Source: Burkholderiales bacterium
GTDB taxonomy: Bacteria > Pseudomonadota > Gammaproteobacteria > Burkholderiales > JAEUOS01
DNA length: 64,000 bases
NCBI GenBank assembly: GCA_031430015.1
Contig: JANPAR010000004.1
Span: 20,418-84,417, forward strand
Reading direction: 5' to 3'
Positions 62,933 through 64,000 of this stretch are shown piece by piece; the first letter of the stretch is position 1, and each line of letters begins with the position of its first letter. The notes under the pieces were generated by a model. The model did not search any database. It was not told the DNA's origin and was given only the letters and a program-made list of their open reading frames with translations. The translations under genes and the position numbers were made by a program.

Positions 62933-63976
62933 ATGGAAAGTATACCGCGCCGCGACACGCCTGCACTGCCGGATTTTTGCAATCTCGGTGTGGGCTTGCG
63001 CATTTTGCTCATCGGCAACATTGCGTTGATTCTGCTTGCCTTGACGACGGCGCAGCCGGTGAGCTTCCACGCATGGCTAGAACGTTTCGTTACCGGCGCT
63101 GCGGTGGTGGAGCCGGTGCTGATCGCGAGTCTCGTGGTGCTGTGCCCCTTGCGGCGCCTGATTGATCCGTTGGGGTTTTGGCCGGGCGCGGCGATTGTCA
63201 TCGTGTGCGAAATGTTGATCACGTTTGCCTTTGCCTACATGGCGGACCGTCTTGATGGCAACATCGAATACAGCGGCCTGGTGCGCGACATGGTGGTGGT
63301 TGGGCTGTCCACTGCACTGGTGCTGTATCACTTTCACCTGCGCGAGCGCGCCTTCTCGCCAGCGCTCACTGAAGCACGCCTACTGGCTTTGCAGGCACGC
63401 ATCCGACCGCACTTTTTGTTCAACAGCCTCACGGCAGTGCTCAGTCTGATCCGCAGCGAGCCGCGCCGCGCCGAGCGCGCGCTTGAAGATCTGGCCGATC
63501 TATTCCGCTCGTTGTTGCGCGAAGAACGGCGCGTGGTTCGGCTCTCCGACGAGATTGCGGTGTGCAGGCGTTATCTCGATATTGAAGCACTGCGGCTTGG
63601 CGAACGCCTGCAAGTGGAATGGGATATTGACAACAGCGTCCTAGATGCCGCCGTGCCGCCCCTCGTCTTGCAGCCGCTGGTCGAGAATGCGGTGCATCAC
63701 GGCATTGAACCGATGACCGAACCGGGCATAGTGCGCATTGCGGTGCGTGTACGCGGCAAGCAGTTGGAGATCGATATCGTCAACCCGCGCGAAGACGGCA
63801 ATACCCAGCCTGGCCGCGCCGGCAATCACATGGCACAGGGCAATGTGCGCGAGCGCCTCGCGCTGTTGTTTGATCTCGAAGCCAGGCTGGACATTATTTC
63901 GGAAGCGAACACCTATCGCGTGCACATTGTGCTGCCGGTGACGCGCGTGCAGGACAAACGAGGGGGAAGCGTATGA
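62933..63976 (+). CDS. LytS/AlgZ(FimS)-type sensor histidine kinase
   Basis: N-terminal TM bundle. His_kinase block ALQARIRPHFLFNSLTAV and a HATPase block LVLQPLVENAVHHG. It is divergent from argH and followed by a receiver-domain gene, as for argH-algZ-algR in Pseudomonas. Confidence 0.8.
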   Translation: MESIPRRDTPALPDFCNLGVGLRILLIGNIALILLALTTAQPVSFHAWLERFVTGAAVVEPVLIASLVVLCPLRRLIDPLGFWPGAAIVIVCEMLITFAFAYMADRLDGNIEYSGLVRDMVVVGLSTALVLYHFHLRERAFSPALTEARLLALQARIRPHFLFNSLTAVLSLIRSEPRRAERALEDLADLFRSLLREERRVVRLSDEIAVCRRYLDIEALRLGERLQVEWDIDNSVLDAAVPPLVLQPLVENAVHHGIEPMTEPGIVRIAVRVRGKQLEIDIVNPREDGNTQPGRAGNHMAQGNVRERLALLFDLEARLDIISEANTYRVHIVLPVTRVQDKRGGSV

Positions 63977-64000
63977 AAATCATGATCGTCGACGACGAAG
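63973..64000 (+). CDS. Response regulator (probably LytTR/AlgR-type), N-terminal fragment running off the right edge
   Basis: MKIMIVDDE receiver-domain start, with an ATGA overlap on the kinase stop. Only 9 codons are visible. Confidence 0.5.

Overview
GC-rich chromosomal core segment whose gene order is typical of a betaproteobacterium (Burkholderiales-like). Examples are adk-kdsB-ycaR-lpxK-exbD-exbB // xseA-sodB, dnaG-rpoD-tRNA, gyrA ... serC-pheA-hisC-tyrA-aroA-cmk-rpsA-ihfB-lapA-lapB-ugd-hldA-hldD, holC-pepA // lptF-lptG, and argH // algZ-algR-like. I call about 57 protein genes, including one 59-aa gene (ycaR/Trm112-like) that is missing from the ORF track. I also call one tRNA (Ile2, anticodon CAU), several clear intrinsic terminators and several short intergenic tandem repeats. 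Many track ORFs are N-terminally over-extended, so I re-placed their starts using conserved N-termini, signal peptides and stop/start overlaps. I found no transposase, integrase, prophage, CRISPR array, rRNA or recognisable defence island, so this is mostly ordinary housekeeping DNA and I cannot point to a convincing complete novel system. The items most worth a second look are these. (1) A phased cluster of DnaA boxes (one perfect TTATCCACA, an inverted 8/9 partner and same-orientation weaker boxes at 11-12 bp spacing) in the exbB/xseA divergent spacer, far from any visible dnaA gene. (2) An orphan Hanks-type Ser/Thr kinase fused to a C-terminal cyclic-nucleotide-binding domain with an atypical phosphate-binding cassette. 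(3) That kinase sits behind an almost U-free leader made of seven tandem decamers. (4) Two further helically phased 10-bp repeat arrays lie upstream of a ComEA-like gene and of gyrA. (5) The ComEA-like periplasmic protein carries a long Lys/Ala/Asp polyampholyte tail. (6) A moxR-DUF58-tgpA module is translationally coupled (TTGA) to mltB. (7) Duplicated RmpM-like OmpA-domain paralogs flank mtaD. All functional calls come from reading the translations and from motif memory. No searches were run.
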